Below are positions 18,525 to 28,365 of a stretch of DNA of 64,000 nt, piece by piece. Position numbers and translations under genes: made by a program. The DNA comes from a virus (Duplodnaviria; Caudoviricetes): IMG/VR virus record IMGVR_UViG_3300014205_005221, positions 32,001 through 96,000 of that record. One strand, written 5' to 3'. The notes beneath the pieces are model-generated. The model searched no databases. It was not told the DNA's origin and saw only the letters and a list, made by a program, of their open reading frames with translations. Position 1 is the first letter of the stretch, and each line of letters begins with the position of its first letter.

Positions 18525-19058
18525 TCAGCAGTGATTCCACAAACCGCGATGCGCATTCCTGGCTTCTGTTTCGGCTGCTTCGATGTCAGACTGCAAAGAA
18601 ACAGGCCGCTTGTCATAAACGTAATTGCGTGACATTCCTGCACGTGCAGACTCAACACTGAAATCCAATGTCTGATTGTCTTTGACGTACTTCACGTACG
18701 CCAATCGACGACCATACCGATCCGTGTCTTCCCTACCGGCTTCCGTCTGCAAAGCCACCTGCGAACCGATCGGCAGCTGCAGCTTCGCCCACGCCGTGGA
18801 CTCCGGACCACCGCACTGCACCGGAGTGTTGGGCTTGCGCGTCTCCGGGGAATCGATCCCCAAGATGCGCACGGTCAACGTGCCTTCGCGCACCACAATG
18901 GTATCCCCGTCCACCACACGCGTGACGGTCTCCTGCTGCACGTTCGTGCCCGGAACAGGGTCCACGGCAGGCATGTAGCTCGACAGCGATCCGCACCCCG
19001 CGAGCAGACCGGCACACACCAGCAACGCAGTCAGCCCACGACTACCTCTCTTGCACAT
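18525..19058 (-). CDS. Thermonuclease (SNase) lipoprotein
   Basis: Lipobox LAGC; VVDGDT, VRILGIDSPE, DRYGRRLAYV, AHRGLW. Confidence 0.92.
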   Translation of the reverse strand: MCKRGSRGLTALLVCAGLLAGCGSLSSYMPAVDPVPGTNVQQETVTRVVDGDTIVVREGTLTVRILGIDSPETRKPNTPVQCGGPESTAWAKLQLPIGSQVALQTEAGREDTDRYGRRLAYVKYVKDNQTLDFSVESARAGMSRNYVYDKRPVSLQSDIEAAETEARNAHRGLWNHC

Positions 19059-19266
19059 TCTCCCACGCCCTGATCACGGCCTCGCCCACCACAGCCAACT
19101 TGTACAGGTCACGGAGATCCCCCAACGAAATCCCCGTGACCTCTCCCTGCTCGGTGAGCGTCGCAGCGAGAACCAACGTGTCATCAGGAGCGCCAGCGTT
19201 AGCAGCCAGCGTATGTCGAAGGTCGCCCACCGGGGTGCCGTCCGGGTACGGCAACGCGTCACCCAT
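19042..19266 (-). CDS. Hypothetical protein
   Basis: MGDALPYPDG... overlapping neighbours. Confidence 0.6.
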   Translation of the reverse strand: MGDALPYPDGTPVGDLRHTLAANAGAPDDTLVLAATLTEQGEVTGISLGDLRDLYKLAVVGEAVIRAWENVQER

Positions 19267-19831
19267 CGGTGCGCTCCAAACGATGCTCCACAGAGAACAG
19301 CCGCAGCATCGCGTGCAGATCGAAGCGCACCGATTCCAGGCCCTTATAGACCCGCTCCAGCCCGCGCACAGCATCGTCAGCAGCGTCGAGCACCCGCTCA
19401 CGCTGGCGCATCACGATCCGATCGCCCATGACCGCCACATCGGCTCGGGCGTACCGCTCGCGCGGTCCCTCCACCTCACCAGAGCCGGTGAACGTCCCCT
19501 TTCGGCGACTGGTTGCGCCGCCTCCCGCCACACGCTCCGCCCACTTGTCATCCACACGAGCAGTCGATCGCTTGAAGACAACCCGAGCGCCGGTACGGAA
19601 GCGCGAGACCTCCGAGAGCAGCACCTCAACGGCGTCCAAACGCAGCCGGACATCGGCCAGACATTCGAGCAGCGCACCCGATCCCATGGAAAGACTAGGG
19701 AGACCGTTGCGATAACGATGCTCCTCAGCCTCGTTCAGCTTCACCTCCAGCATGGCCTCCGCGTCAGAGATCCACTCGTCAACCTGCTCAGAGGTCATCT
19801 CTGTTACCGGAGTACCCGCTGGAGCTGTCAC
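19259..19831 (-). CDS. Helical hypothetical protein
   Basis: 190 aa, GTGA coupling. Confidence 0.75.
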   Translation of the reverse strand: MTAPAGTPVTEMTSEQVDEWISDAEAMLEVKLNEAEEHRYRNGLPSLSMGSGALLECLADVRLRLDAVEVLLSEVSRFRTGARVVFKRSTARVDDKWAERVAGGGATSRRKGTFTGSGEVEGPRERYARADVAVMGDRIVMRQRERVLDAADDAVRGLERVYKGLESVRFDLHAMLRLFSVEHRLERTDG

Positions 19832-20151
19832 GAAATCGCTGCCTTCACCTTCTGAGAAACCTCGCCGTACTCATCGGCCGCTGCCTTAAGCATCGGCATG
19901 CCGACCGTCTCCAGCCAGCCCTTCTGATTCACATCGTTACGCGCAGCCGATGTCAGTCGCTTCCAGATCAAAACCCGGGCAAGCGCCGACAGCACCTCGT
20001 AACGAAGGATGAGCGGAATGGAGTCGAACAAAGACTCCGACACACCCCACTCCGCCATCAGCTTCTCGAAGTCGGACGAATCCAACTCCACTTCTGGCTT
20101 GACCCACGAACCGTCTCCCAGCTCCAGGCTGGATCCCTCAACAACGCGCAT
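19828..20151 (-). CDS. Hypothetical protein
   Basis: 107 aa; GGGTAG 9 nt upstream. Confidence 0.8.
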   Translation of the reverse strand: MRVVEGSSLELGDGSWVKPEVELDSSDFEKLMAEWGVSESLFDSIPLILRYEVLSALARVLIWKRLTSAARNDVNQKGWLETVGMPMLKAAADEYGEVSQKVKAAIS

Positions 20152-20168
20152 AAGAACGTCCTACCCGA

Positions 20169-22151
20169 TCAGGAAGCCGCTGCAGTTGGAATAATAATCT
20201 GGAACTGCTCATCCAACTTCAACGCGTGCATGTCGCCCCACTTGACTCCGACTTCCCAATCCGCGCGGAGATTCGGCCACCCCTCAATGGGAAACACGAC
20301 CTCGGGCTGCACCAGATCGATGACCGCCTGCGGAGGAACCGTATGGTGAGTCTCGAACACCAGCGCGTCGTGGATGTTCATAATCATATGAATGCGATCC
20401 GCATACTCCGACTGCTCGATCGCCCGGTCGCAGCGCACCATCGCGATGCGCATGACGTCCGCCGCGCCGCCCTGCACAGGAGCGTTGACGCACAGACGCT
20501 CGCCGTTGGCCCGGATTGCAGGCTTGTCAGACTCCAACGCCCAGATCGGATGTACACGGCCGAACTTGCTCAGCGTGCGACCGTTGGCGACACCAGAGCG
20601 CGTCTGCTTGTCCACCCAGCTCTTCACCGACGAGTAGATCGCAAAGTACTTCTGCAGGAACGCCTTGGCCTCATCAATCGAGATGCCCATGCGCTCGGCC
20701 ATTCCCTTAGGACCCTGGCCATACAGCAAAGAGAAGTTAATGGTCTTCCCGATCGAACGCTGCTCGTCGGTGACTTCATCCACCGGGATACCGAACATCA
20801 GCGCCGACGTCATCCGGTGCACGTCGATCTCTTCGTTGAACGCCTTCACCAGCGCGGGCTCACCGGAAAGCCCAGCCAGCACGCGCAGCTCCACCTGCGA
20901 ATAGTCGAACCCGATCAGATAGTGATGCGGTGCGGCCACCACGATGTTGCGGAACTTGATCGCAAACTCTTCGCCGCTCTTGAGCTTGTAAAAGTACTTC
21001 TTGGGCAGCTGCTGATAGGCAGGGTCCGACACCGCGAAACGGCCCGAGACCACCGCGCAGGACTGATGCGAAGGATGTCCTCGACCGTCCTCAGCGTAAT
21101 TGAAGTCGCGAGGATACTTGGTCAAATACGAGCCGGACAGCTTGCGCAACTCTCGCCACTCCAAGATGCGCTGCACCGCTGGATTCTTCTTCGCAAGCCC
21201 GGCAAGCGCCTTCGCGTCGGTGCTCATGCCACCAGAATCAGTGAGCTTGGTGGTACGAAGGCCCATCTTCCCGTAGAGAACCGACGACACCTGCGGCGAT
21301 GAACTCAGATTAATGTCAATCGCTTCGCCGGTGATCTCCGAAAGATCCTGCATGATCTCCGCGCGCATCGCATCCGCGAAAGCCTGAGCCCGGACATCCC
21401 ACTTGCTCATCGTCGCCCAGTCCAGCTGGATGCCCCGGTCCTCCATCTTCGCGAGGATAGGAATGATCTGCATGTCAACACGAAACATCAGCCGGTCCTT
21501 GACCAGCGGAAAGTGCTTCCGGTGCAGCCCGAGCGTCCACGCCGAGTCCTCGCACGCATACGACACCGTGCGGGAGTCCAACGGAAGCGTGTTGAACCGC
21601 TGAGCCTTGTTCTGCTTGGCTGTAGCGTCCGGGAACAGATCGGAGAACTCGGTCATCTTGTGGCCGAACACCTCCAGCACGGCCGCCTTCAGACCCACCA
21701 TGCGGAAACGGCCCAGCGCCCACAGCTCGACCATCGAGTCCGAGCGGATCGGGTAGTACCCGTTCGACTTGAGACCAAATGAGAGCAGGTCTTTCTCCGT
21801 CAAATTCTCTCGGAGAAACTTGGCAATGTGTCGAAGCTCGAACAAACCGTTGTGCGGAACACCGAACCCTGAACCGAGCAGCTTCGCAAGCAGATACGCG
21901 AAGTCCTTAACGTTCTCAGCGTTGCCGCCATCGTCGTGGCGAAGTGGGGTGTAGCGCGCCCAAGATGGGTGACCCGAGTAAGAGATCCCGGTGATGAACG
22001 CCGTCTCAGGGTGCAGCGAAAACTTCTCGCGGGGCGGGCCTGAATAGCCCGTCTCGATGTCGAACCCGAACCCATCCTCGATACCAGCCAGCTTGTCAAA
22101 AAGCTTTTCGATCTGGTCGAGATCAGTGAGCACATCAAAATCAACGGCCAC
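20169..22151 (-). CDS. polA: Family A DNA polymerase with 3'-5' exonuclease
   Basis: FDIET, HNGLFE, YACED, DYSQVELRVLA, R...KTINFSLLYG, IHDALVFE. Confidence 0.95.
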   Translation of the reverse strand: MAVDFDVLTDLDQIEKLFDKLAGIEDGFGFDIETGYSGPPREKFSLHPETAFITGISYSGHPSWARYTPLRHDDGGNAENVKDFAYLLAKLLGSGFGVPHNGLFELRHIAKFLRENLTEKDLLSFGLKSNGYYPIRSDSMVELWALGRFRMVGLKAAVLEVFGHKMTEFSDLFPDATAKQNKAQRFNTLPLDSRTVSYACEDSAWTLGLHRKHFPLVKDRLMFRVDMQIIPILAKMEDRGIQLDWATMSKWDVRAQAFADAMRAEIMQDLSEITGEAIDINLSSSPQVSSVLYGKMGLRTTKLTDSGGMSTDAKALAGLAKKNPAVQRILEWRELRKLSGSYLTKYPRDFNYAEDGRGHPSHQSCAVVSGRFAVSDPAYQQLPKKYFYKLKSGEEFAIKFRNIVVAAPHHYLIGFDYSQVELRVLAGLSGEPALVKAFNEEIDVHRMTSALMFGIPVDEVTDEQRSIGKTINFSLLYGQGPKGMAERMGISIDEAKAFLQKYFAIYSSVKSWVDKQTRSGVANGRTLSKFGRVHPIWALESDKPAIRANGERLCVNAPVQGGAADVMRIAMVRCDRAIEQSEYADRIHMIMNIHDALVFETHHTVPPQAVIDLVQPEVVFPIEGWPNLRADWEVGVKWGDMHALKLDEQFQIIIPTAAAS

Positions 22152-22271
22152 GAGGTGCCTTACTACTAAGGGAGCCGCACTGAAAACTGCTAAGTCTGAA
22201 AAAACGACTTACCTGCAGAGCCGGTCTCCACGCCGCGTGTTCACACTCGCATTCGAGCGTGGGCCATTCTT

Positions 22272-23381
22272 CTACCCAGTGGGTGACCACGACGCGATCA
22301 GCGATTCCCCAAAACCCAACGGCACTACCTGCGATGATCCCAGTCTGGAATCAAAATCAGCGATCAGATTCCGACAGCGCCTGACCCGAGTGAGGTCAAA
22401 CTTCCGTGCGATGTTGAATCGCTGATCTCCACGATGCGCATAGTGAAGAATCATGTGTCGGGGGATCTGCAGCCGCCTCATAACCTGATCCAGATGCTCA
22501 CCTGTAGCCAGCGCGCCGTGCAACGCTGAAAGCCAGTCCACCCGCTGCGCAAGCAACCCGAGAATCTTCCGCCAATCCGAATGCTCGAAAGTCTGATCTG
22601 AGATCGACGCGAAAGCCTCCAGCTTCCTGTCGAACAACAAATGCTCCACAAAATCCTCGGCACCGTACATTCCCGCAATCAGCTGCACGCGCTCCTGAAA
22701 CTCCGACGTCGCCAGCGCGGTGAGATCGGTATAGCCGAGCAGCACGAACGTGCGCACCACGTCGCGAGCGAGCAGCGTAGAACCACCCACGCGACGCCAC
22801 AGAAACTCCGCCTGACGCTGCGAGATAGGAACCTGCAACGAAAGCCAACGCTGCGCTGATGACGGCTTGGTCGGATCCTGCTGATCAGCTGAAAGCGAAG
22901 CACACGAAATGACGCCAGCGCCCGTGTAATCACGAAGCGACGACTCCCACTCCTCGTAACTGTCCTCCCACACCGGAGCACCCGGAAGGCTCTTCTCGCG
23001 GTTGCGCACGCGCTTGCCCAGCCGGTTGCGGTCGAGCACCAACACCAGCGACGTCTCGGGAAACGCCTTCGCTCCCTCGATGAACGTCTTCAGATTCGTC
23101 CACGACCGATCGCGCATCTTGTCAGCGTGATGAATGACGACCAATCGACGCGAGATCCCCGGCATAGGCTGGGTGAACACTGCGTCCCAGATCTGCGCCG
23201 CCGTAGCCGCCTCAGAATCGCCCGAGCGGCCCGCGTGCAGATACGTAGCCTCCTGCGCGCCCGCGAGCCGCACAGCGGTATCCAGAGCCTCCGCGCGCAG
23301 CACCGCGTCCTCACCGTGAATGACGGTAATCCGGTAACGCTTGGGCTTTCCCGAAGAAACCCACTGCAGAAAAGATGGCAC
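22272..23381 (-). CDS. Clamp-loader delta (HolA)-like subunit
   Basis: VIHGED..L, DAVFTQPM...RRLVVIHHAD match delta N-terminus; GTG 23381 lies 8 nt after GGGTAG. Confidence 0.65.
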   Translation of the reverse strand: MPSFLQWVSSGKPKRYRITVIHGEDAVLRAEALDTAVRLAGAQEATYLHAGRSGDSEAATAAQIWDAVFTQPMPGISRRLVVIHHADKMRDRSWTNLKTFIEGAKAFPETSLVLVLDRNRLGKRVRNREKSLPGAPVWEDSYEEWESSLRDYTGAGVISCASLSADQQDPTKPSSAQRWLSLQVPISQRQAEFLWRRVGGSTLLARDVVRTFVLLGYTDLTALATSEFQERVQLIAGMYGAEDFVEHLLFDRKLEAFASISDQTFEHSDWRKILGLLAQRVDWLSALHGALATGEHLDQVMRRLQIPRHMILHYAHRGDQRFNIARKFDLTRVRRCRNLIADFDSRLGSSQVVPLGFGESLIASWSPTG

Positions 23382-23405
23382 GCTTTCTCCTACCCCACAC
23401 AGCAA

Positions 23406-23435
23406 GAGGCCCCTTGGCGGTCACCAAGGGGCCTC
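23406..23435 (-). terminator. Intrinsic terminator
   Basis: 12-bp stem GAGGCCCCTTGG/CCAAGGGGCCTC. Confidence 0.75.
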
Positions 23436-23462
23436 AGATTCCCGGTCGGAGGAACCGGGAAG

Positions 23463-23750
23463 TCACCGAGAATGATCGTTCGCCCAGAACATGTCAAGCA
23501 AGACCTGCTCGACAATCCAGCGAAGATCGTTCTTACGTTCGATCTGACGGTTGATCCAAAGGAACCGCTTGTGCCAGTCCGCGAAATCCGGACGCGCCAA
23601 CTTCGGACCCTCCACCCGGATCCGCTCCAACAGGTGCAGCCACTCACCGGTCGAGAGCTTGCCGTCGGAGATTTCGCTGACCAGCGCGGTCAACCACTCC
23701 GCTCGCAGCAGCTTGGAACTCTTGATCTGAAGTGTGTCGGTGTTCGTCAT
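23463..23750 (-). CDS. Hypothetical early protein (MTNT start)
   Basis: Own promoter and terminator. Confidence 0.8.
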   Translation of the reverse strand: MTNTDTLQIKSSKLLRAEWLTALVSEISDGKLSTGEWLHLLERIRVEGPKLARPDFADWHKRFLWINRQIERKNDLRWIVEQVLLDMFWANDHSR

Positions 23751-23757
23751 GACAGCA

Positions 23758-23786
23758 ACTGTAGCAGAGTCCAGCTAGGTCAGCAA
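23758..23786 (-). promoter_or_regulatory. sigma70-type leaderless promoter
   Basis: TTGCTG-N17-TACAGT, TG extension, 7 nt to ATG. Confidence 0.7.
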
Positions 23787-24139
23787 GTCAATCGCATCTT
23801 CGTGATATAGCCCCGCCAGAACTCTGCTGGGTCGACGTTGGCGACCTCGGAGGCAACCACCACCCAGCGCGCCGTCTCCACGCCACCGGTGAGCAAAGCG
23901 ATGTCACGATCCGAATCCGCACGTAGACCCAGCCGAGCAAAAAGATCGGCATAGCGCGCCCGGAACATCGCCGCGCTCATATCGGCATCCTCAGCAGCCA
24001 CGATCGGAAGCACCGCTGTGACGACCTCCCACAGAGGCTCTCGCTCCGACAGGGCGCGGGTCGCGGTCATCATCTCGTCAACCTCTTCCTTAAAATCATC
24101 GTCGGCTGGCATGTGACCGCCTTGGTACTGAAGATCCAC
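23780..24139 (-). CDS. Hypothetical protein
   Basis: 119 aa ORF. Confidence 0.7.
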   Translation of the reverse strand: MDLQYQGGHMPADDDFKEEVDEMMTATRALSEREPLWEVVTAVLPIVAAEDADMSAAMFRARYADLFARLGLRADSDRDIALLTGGVETARWVVVASEVANVDPAEFWRGYITKMRLTC

Positions 24140-24142
24140 CTC

Positions 24143-25054
24143 TCACCCACCTGCCAGAGCTGCAACAGCTCCCAGCAGGATCCGAGGGCGGGCGCCGCGA
24201 TGCCTTGCAACAGTACGAAGAACCCGCTCTGCAGCCGATACTGACACTTCCGGAGCGCCGCTGCCAGCGAAGATCACGTAATTATTCGTGATCCGTTCAT
24301 GCGCCCAGCGAATCAGCATCTCCGTATCCGCGTCACTCCAGATCCGTGACTTCTCCGTCAGAGCCACCTGATCATGCGAACGCAGCGACGTAAGAACATC
24401 CACCACAGCTTGTACCGAACCCTCAAAGCCACGCGCATCGATCGACGGCTGCACCCGGCCACCACCCAAACGACCCGCCATCCGCGACTCCACTTCAGAC
24501 AGATCCGAGACCGCAAACACGATCTCCTCGACCTGCTCCGGAGACAGCAACCCGCCCGTCAACTCGACCGCGCGCGAGCGGATCATCGGCATCGTCGGCT
24601 GCGTAGCCAGCAACACAAACCGGGTCGTAGCTGGGGGTTCTTCCAACAGCTTGAGCATCGACGCCAGCGTGCGCGCAGACGCCCGCCACTCCGAACCATC
24701 CGGTCGAACGTTGTCGAGACGCACGATCGCCACCTTGAACGGCGATGCCATCGGCGCCTTACGCGACCACGCGATCAGATCCCGGACATGGGTGATCGTC
24801 AGCTCCAGCTCGAACGTCGACGCCACCTCCGCGCGCTCGTTCGACGGATCGATGGGACGCCCATACTCGTCGCGCTGCTCCAGAGGCGGATACAGCTTCA
24901 TATCCGTCACCTCCACGCCCGCACGACGTGCCGCAGCTAACGCCACCGTGCGCTTGCCCGTCGACGACGGAGCGCGAATCAGCGTAACGGGAGAGGGCGA
25001 GACCAGCAGCTGCTCCAGCCACCGATCTCGCCCTACGATCTTTCCGACCTTCAT
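24143..25054 (-). CDS. holB: Clamp-loader delta-prime (HolB)-like AAA+ subunit
   Basis: KIVG, APSSTGKR, FKVAIV, MLKLLEEPP, IRSR. Confidence 0.8.
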   Translation of the reverse strand: MKVGKIVGRDRWLEQLLVSPSPVTLIRAPSSTGKRTVALAAARRAGVEVTDMKLYPPLEQRDEYGRPIDPSNERAEVASTFELELTITHVRDLIAWSRKAPMASPFKVAIVRLDNVRPDGSEWRASARTLASMLKLLEEPPATTRFVLLATQPTMPMIRSRAVELTGGLLSPEQVEEIVFAVSDLSEVESRMAGRLGGGRVQPSIDARGFEGSVQAVVDVLTSLRSHDQVALTEKSRIWSDADTEMLIRWAHERITNNYVIFAGSGAPEVSVSAAERVLRTVARHRGARPRILLGAVAALAGG

Positions 25055-25093
25055 GAATTCACTTCTACCCGGAGAAGCCCAGGCCAGAAGCAT

Positions 25094-25354
25094 TCAAGAG
25101 AGCGCCACATTCTGTGCATGCTCCGCCGCGAGCAGCGACGTGAACACCGACGGCATGATCTTGTTGATCTCCGTCTGCGGCAGCGACTCCAACTCGGGGT
25201 AGATGCGCTTCGCCGCCATCGCCGTAGCGATGCACGGAGGCTGCCCGGTGCCGAGCACCACACCCGCCACGTGGATCGACGCAGACGCCACCTCGGCGCT
25301 GATCGGCTCGCGGTCCCACATACGCAGGAACGCCGCCTCGGGAGACTCGCTCAC
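25094..25354 (-). CDS. Hypothetical protein
   Basis: GTGA-coupled, SD AAGGAG. Confidence 0.7.
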   Translation of the reverse strand: MSESPEAAFLRMWDREPISAEVASASIHVAGVVLGTGQPPCIATAMAAKRIYPELESLPQTEINKIMPSVFTSLLAAEHAQNVALS

Positions 25355-25620
25355 TTGGCTCGCTCCTTCCTGGTCTTGGGTGCGTCCGGCTGATCGGAGG
25401 TGAACCACGGGTTCCGGTCTTCGCTAGGGAACTCCTTGATGCAGAAACGCTCCCAGCTGCGTCCATCCAGGATCCATCGGTCGTGGGCCGCGTCCGCCAC
25501 CTTCTCGAACGGAATGGAGACAGCGGAGGCAGCAGACGCCACTCCGCCCCACGCGCGGTAGCGCCAGTACAAAACGGCAGCCTTCGCGCAGTTGATTCGA
25601 AACTTAATGGTGTTCGTCAT
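25351..25620 (-). CDS. Hypothetical early protein (MTNT start)
   Basis: Leaderless start 7 nt after -10. Confidence 0.75.
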   Translation of the reverse strand: MTNTIKFRINCAKAAVLYWRYRAWGGVASAASAVSIPFEKVADAAHDRWILDGRSWERFCIKEFPSEDRNPWFTSDQPDAPKTRKERAK

Positions 25621-25627
25621 GGCTCCT

Positions 25628-25656
25628 AAAATAGCAGCAAGGCCAGACCGTGTCAA
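25628..25656 (-). promoter_or_regulatory. sigma70-type leaderless promoter overlapping the rtcB terminator
   Basis: TTGACA-N17-TATTTT, TG extension. Confidence 0.75.
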
Positions 25657-25670
25657 CAGTCTGGCCTTGC
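25637..25670 (-). terminator. Terminator hairpin after rtcB
   Basis: 12-bp stem GCAAGGCCAGAC/GTCTGGCCTTGC. Confidence 0.7.
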
Positions 25671-25680
25671 TTGAATGACT

Positions 25681-27819
25681 TCAACCCTTGACGCACAACA
25701 GGGTGTCGAGCTTCGCGATCGGGCGGACCAAGTCGGTCTGATTCGCCATCACAGCAGCAAGATCCTTGTATGCCGCAGGAATCTCGTCCACGATCCCGGC
25801 GTCCTTACGGCACTCCACGCCCGCCGTCTGCTCGACCAGATCCGCCTCGGTGAACGTCCGACGCGCCTCGCCACGGCTCATCCTGCGACCAGCGCCGTGC
25901 GATGCCGAACAATAGCTGTCCTCGTTCGCCAAGCCCTGCACGATGAACGACCCCGTGCCCATCGAACCCGGGATCACGCCGAGACGGCCGTCGCGCGTCG
26001 AGATCGCACCCTTACGGGTCACGATCATGTCCTTACCGTCGTACGTCTCCTCGGAAACGTAGTTGTGGTGACAGTTGATCTCGGAACCGAACTTCGAGAT
26101 TCCGGTGATCTCGGTGAACGCCTTCTTCACCAGACCCATCATCACCGCGCGGTTGCGGAACGCGTAGTCCTGCGCCCACATCAGGTCATTACGGTACGCG
26201 TCCATCTCCGGAGTGCCGAGGAAAAACGCCGCGAGGTGCCGATCCGGGACGTCCTGGTTCTGCGGAAGTGCAGCCGCCACCTCGATGTGGCGCTCCGCCA
26301 ACTCCTTGCCCACGTTGCGCGACCCGGAGTGCAGCATCAACCAGATCTGGTCAGACTCGTCCTTGCAGACCTCGACAAAGTGATTGCCCCCTCCGAGCGT
26401 TCCGATCTGGTTCATGACGCGATCGGTGTAATCGCTCGCCGACAGACGCCGAGTCGTCATCTTGCCGACACTCAGGTTGTCGTAGCTCGCGAAGAATCCC
26501 GACCAGCCGCCAATGCGCGACGCCTGCATGCGGCCGTCGGTACCGAGGTAGGTCGTGTGCGAAGACTGACCCACCGGCACCGCAGCCTCGATCGCCGCGC
26601 GCAGCGGACCCAGGTCATCAGGAAGCTGATCGATTTCCATGGTGACCGGAACTGCGTTCATGCCACAGTTTCCAGTCATAACAATGTTGCCTCCACGCCG
26701 CATCACCCAGAACCCGGACGGAACCGTGAAACAGTAAGCGCGACCATCCGCAGACGGAACGCGAACGATCTCGCTCTTGGGCGTCCCCATCATGGTCACC
26801 CGGCGATTGGGCTGAGCGAACACCCGGAAGTCCAGCGTGTCGTCCTCGCTCTTGTCCTCGCGAAGGACAGCCCGGAACCCGACGGCCGTGAACACGTAGT
26901 GCATGAAGTCCGCCGACGCACGATCACGCGTGTAGAAACAGCGATCCTCCGCGTTACCGTCCCACAACAAACACTCTTCGGCAATCACAGCGAGCTGCTC
27001 CCAGGACGCCTCCCACCAGTCGCCCGAGAACGACTTCGTGAGGCGCGGAGGAGCAAACCGGAACGTGGTGACGCCGCCGGACTCCGAACGCGAGGCATCG
27101 ACGCCCGATGCCGCGAAAAGCTGCTCAGCCCGATCGATCTTGCGCTGCTTCTTGAGCCGCAGAACAGCCCTCCGGCCATCCAGATGCGCGTCCGCGTGCA
27201 CCATGACCTGCACACGAATCTGCTCGTCGGAAAGAGGAAGCTCCGTCTCGATCTCCGGCTCAAAACTGGTCTCGAACTCCGCCTTGATGCCGACCTTCAG
27301 CCGGGTGTGCTCAGCCTCGAACTGCTCAGCGAGTAGTACCTCCTGCACACGACGCCGGTCACGACCAACCATCCGCCACACCAGCATCCGGTGATCCGGC
27401 GACAGCATCTGGTCAATGCCGTACTTCGTGCGCAGCCACAGGAACTCCGGACAGTCCCTCACGACAAACCGGCTGGGCTCCACGAACTGCCCGCGCGAGG
27501 TCTCCGGGTCGTACTGCATGACCGGACCGCCCGTGTAGTCGGCAATACGCCGCCACCCCTGCGGAGACAAATATTCCGAATCTGCATCGACACAGCCGAT
27601 GTCAACTCCCACCGCAGCAGGACAGACAGCGTTGCGCGACGCGATGACCGTGCCGATCGTCGCACCCTTGCCTGCGTGAACGTCCGGCATCACCGCCAGG
27701 CCCTCGACCCACGGCATGTCCGCCACCGTGCGGATCTGGTTCAGCGCGGTCCACTCGACGTCGGTCGGGTCGATCCACATCCGGACCGGCGACTTGGTAC
27801 CCGCCATCTCGTGATACAT
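25681..27819 (-). CDS. rtcB: RtcB RNA ligase containing an intein
   Basis: MPDVHAGKGATIG, VGVDIG|CGM, GTLGGGNHF, LHSGSR, HHNY, PGSMG, SHGAGR, DEIPAAYK. Confidence 0.95.
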   Translation of the reverse strand: MYHEMAGTKSPVRMWIDPTDVEWTALNQIRTVADMPWVEGLAVMPDVHAGKGATIGTVIASRNAVCPAAVGVDIGCVDADSEYLSPQGWRRIADYTGGPVMQYDPETSRGQFVEPSRFVVRDCPEFLWLRTKYGIDQMLSPDHRMLVWRMVGRDRRRVQEVLLAEQFEAEHTRLKVGIKAEFETSFEPEIETELPLSDEQIRVQVMVHADAHLDGRRAVLRLKKQRKIDRAEQLFAASGVDASRSESGGVTTFRFAPPRLTKSFSGDWWEASWEQLAVIAEECLLWDGNAEDRCFYTRDRASADFMHYVFTAVGFRAVLREDKSEDDTLDFRVFAQPNRRVTMMGTPKSEIVRVPSADGRAYCFTVPSGFWVMRRGGNIVMTGNCGMNAVPVTMEIDQLPDDLGPLRAAIEAAVPVGQSSHTTYLGTDGRMQASRIGGWSGFFASYDNLSVGKMTTRRLSASDYTDRVMNQIGTLGGGNHFVEVCKDESDQIWLMLHSGSRNVGKELAERHIEVAAALPQNQDVPDRHLAAFFLGTPEMDAYRNDLMWAQDYAFRNRAVMMGLVKKAFTEITGISKFGSEINCHHNYVSEETYDGKDMIVTRKGAISTRDGRLGVIPGSMGTGSFIVQGLANEDSYCSASHGAGRRMSRGEARRTFTEADLVEQTAGVECRKDAGIVDEIPAAYKDLAAVMANQTDLVRPIAKLDTLLCVKG
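26668..27594 (-). mobile_element. Class 1 intein (309 aa) at the RtcB active-site Cys, with degenerate LAGLIDADG domain
   Basis: Starts CVDADSEYL, block B SPDHR, block F AYCFTV, ends VMTGN/C. Confidence 0.9.
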
Positions 27820-28268
27820 CAGCTCTTCTCCCTCTTCACCCTCACGCGCAGAATGCCCCGAGTACGCGGCCTCGTGTCCAGAATGGCCCGAGCGTTCGCC
27901 ACCGCAACACTCCACGAAGTGCCCTCATCCTGCTCGTCCTGGACATTGATAACCGCGTCGAGCAAATCCCAATCAACATCGAAACGGCCCAGCTCGGCGA
28001 CATCAGAGACCACAGACAAAGCCGTCCTGCCCTCGCGCCGCTCCAGCTCAACGAGGGGAACCTGCTTCTTCTCGTGCAGCCACACACCAACGATGCACGA
28101 AGGGGCGGAGCCATCCTCGGAGACATACCAGCAGCTCAGATCAGAACCCTCACGGTCGGTCTTCCGGTACACGAAGTCGTGACCCAGCTCAGCCTTGCGC
28201 GCTTCCGCGATCTCGGCCAGCTCATCGAGCGCCTGGTAAGCCAACGCGTAGATCTCTGTGTTCGTCAT
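27819..28268 (-). CDS. Hypothetical early protein (MTNT start), TGATG-coupled to rtcB
   Basis: CWYV...PSCIVG; leaderless. Confidence 0.8.
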   Translation of the reverse strand: MTNTEIYALAYQALDELAEIAEARKAELGHDFVYRKTDREGSDLSCWYVSEDGSAPSCIVGVWLHEKKQVPLVELERREGRTALSVVSDVAELGRFDVDWDLLDAVINVQDEQDEGTSWSVAVANARAILDTRPRTRGILRVRVKREKS

Positions 28269-28274
28269 GTCAGC

Positions 28275-28303
28275 AACCTAACATAGTCTGACAAAACAAG
28301 CAA
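28275..28303 (-). promoter_or_regulatory. sigma70-type leaderless promoter of the rtcB operon
   Basis: TTGCTT-N17-TAGGTT, TG extension, 6 nt to ATG. Confidence 0.75.
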
Positions 28304-28314
28304 GTAGTCTAAGC

Positions 28315-28356
28315 AAACAAAAAGCCCCGGCTCCGCCGTGAGGGAGAGCCGGGGCT
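28315..28356 (-). terminator. Intrinsic terminator closing the ncRNA pair
   Basis: AGCCCCGGCTC/GAGCCGGGGCT stem followed by TTTTGTTT on minus. Confidence 0.85.
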
Positions 28357-28365
28357 AAGAACAAC

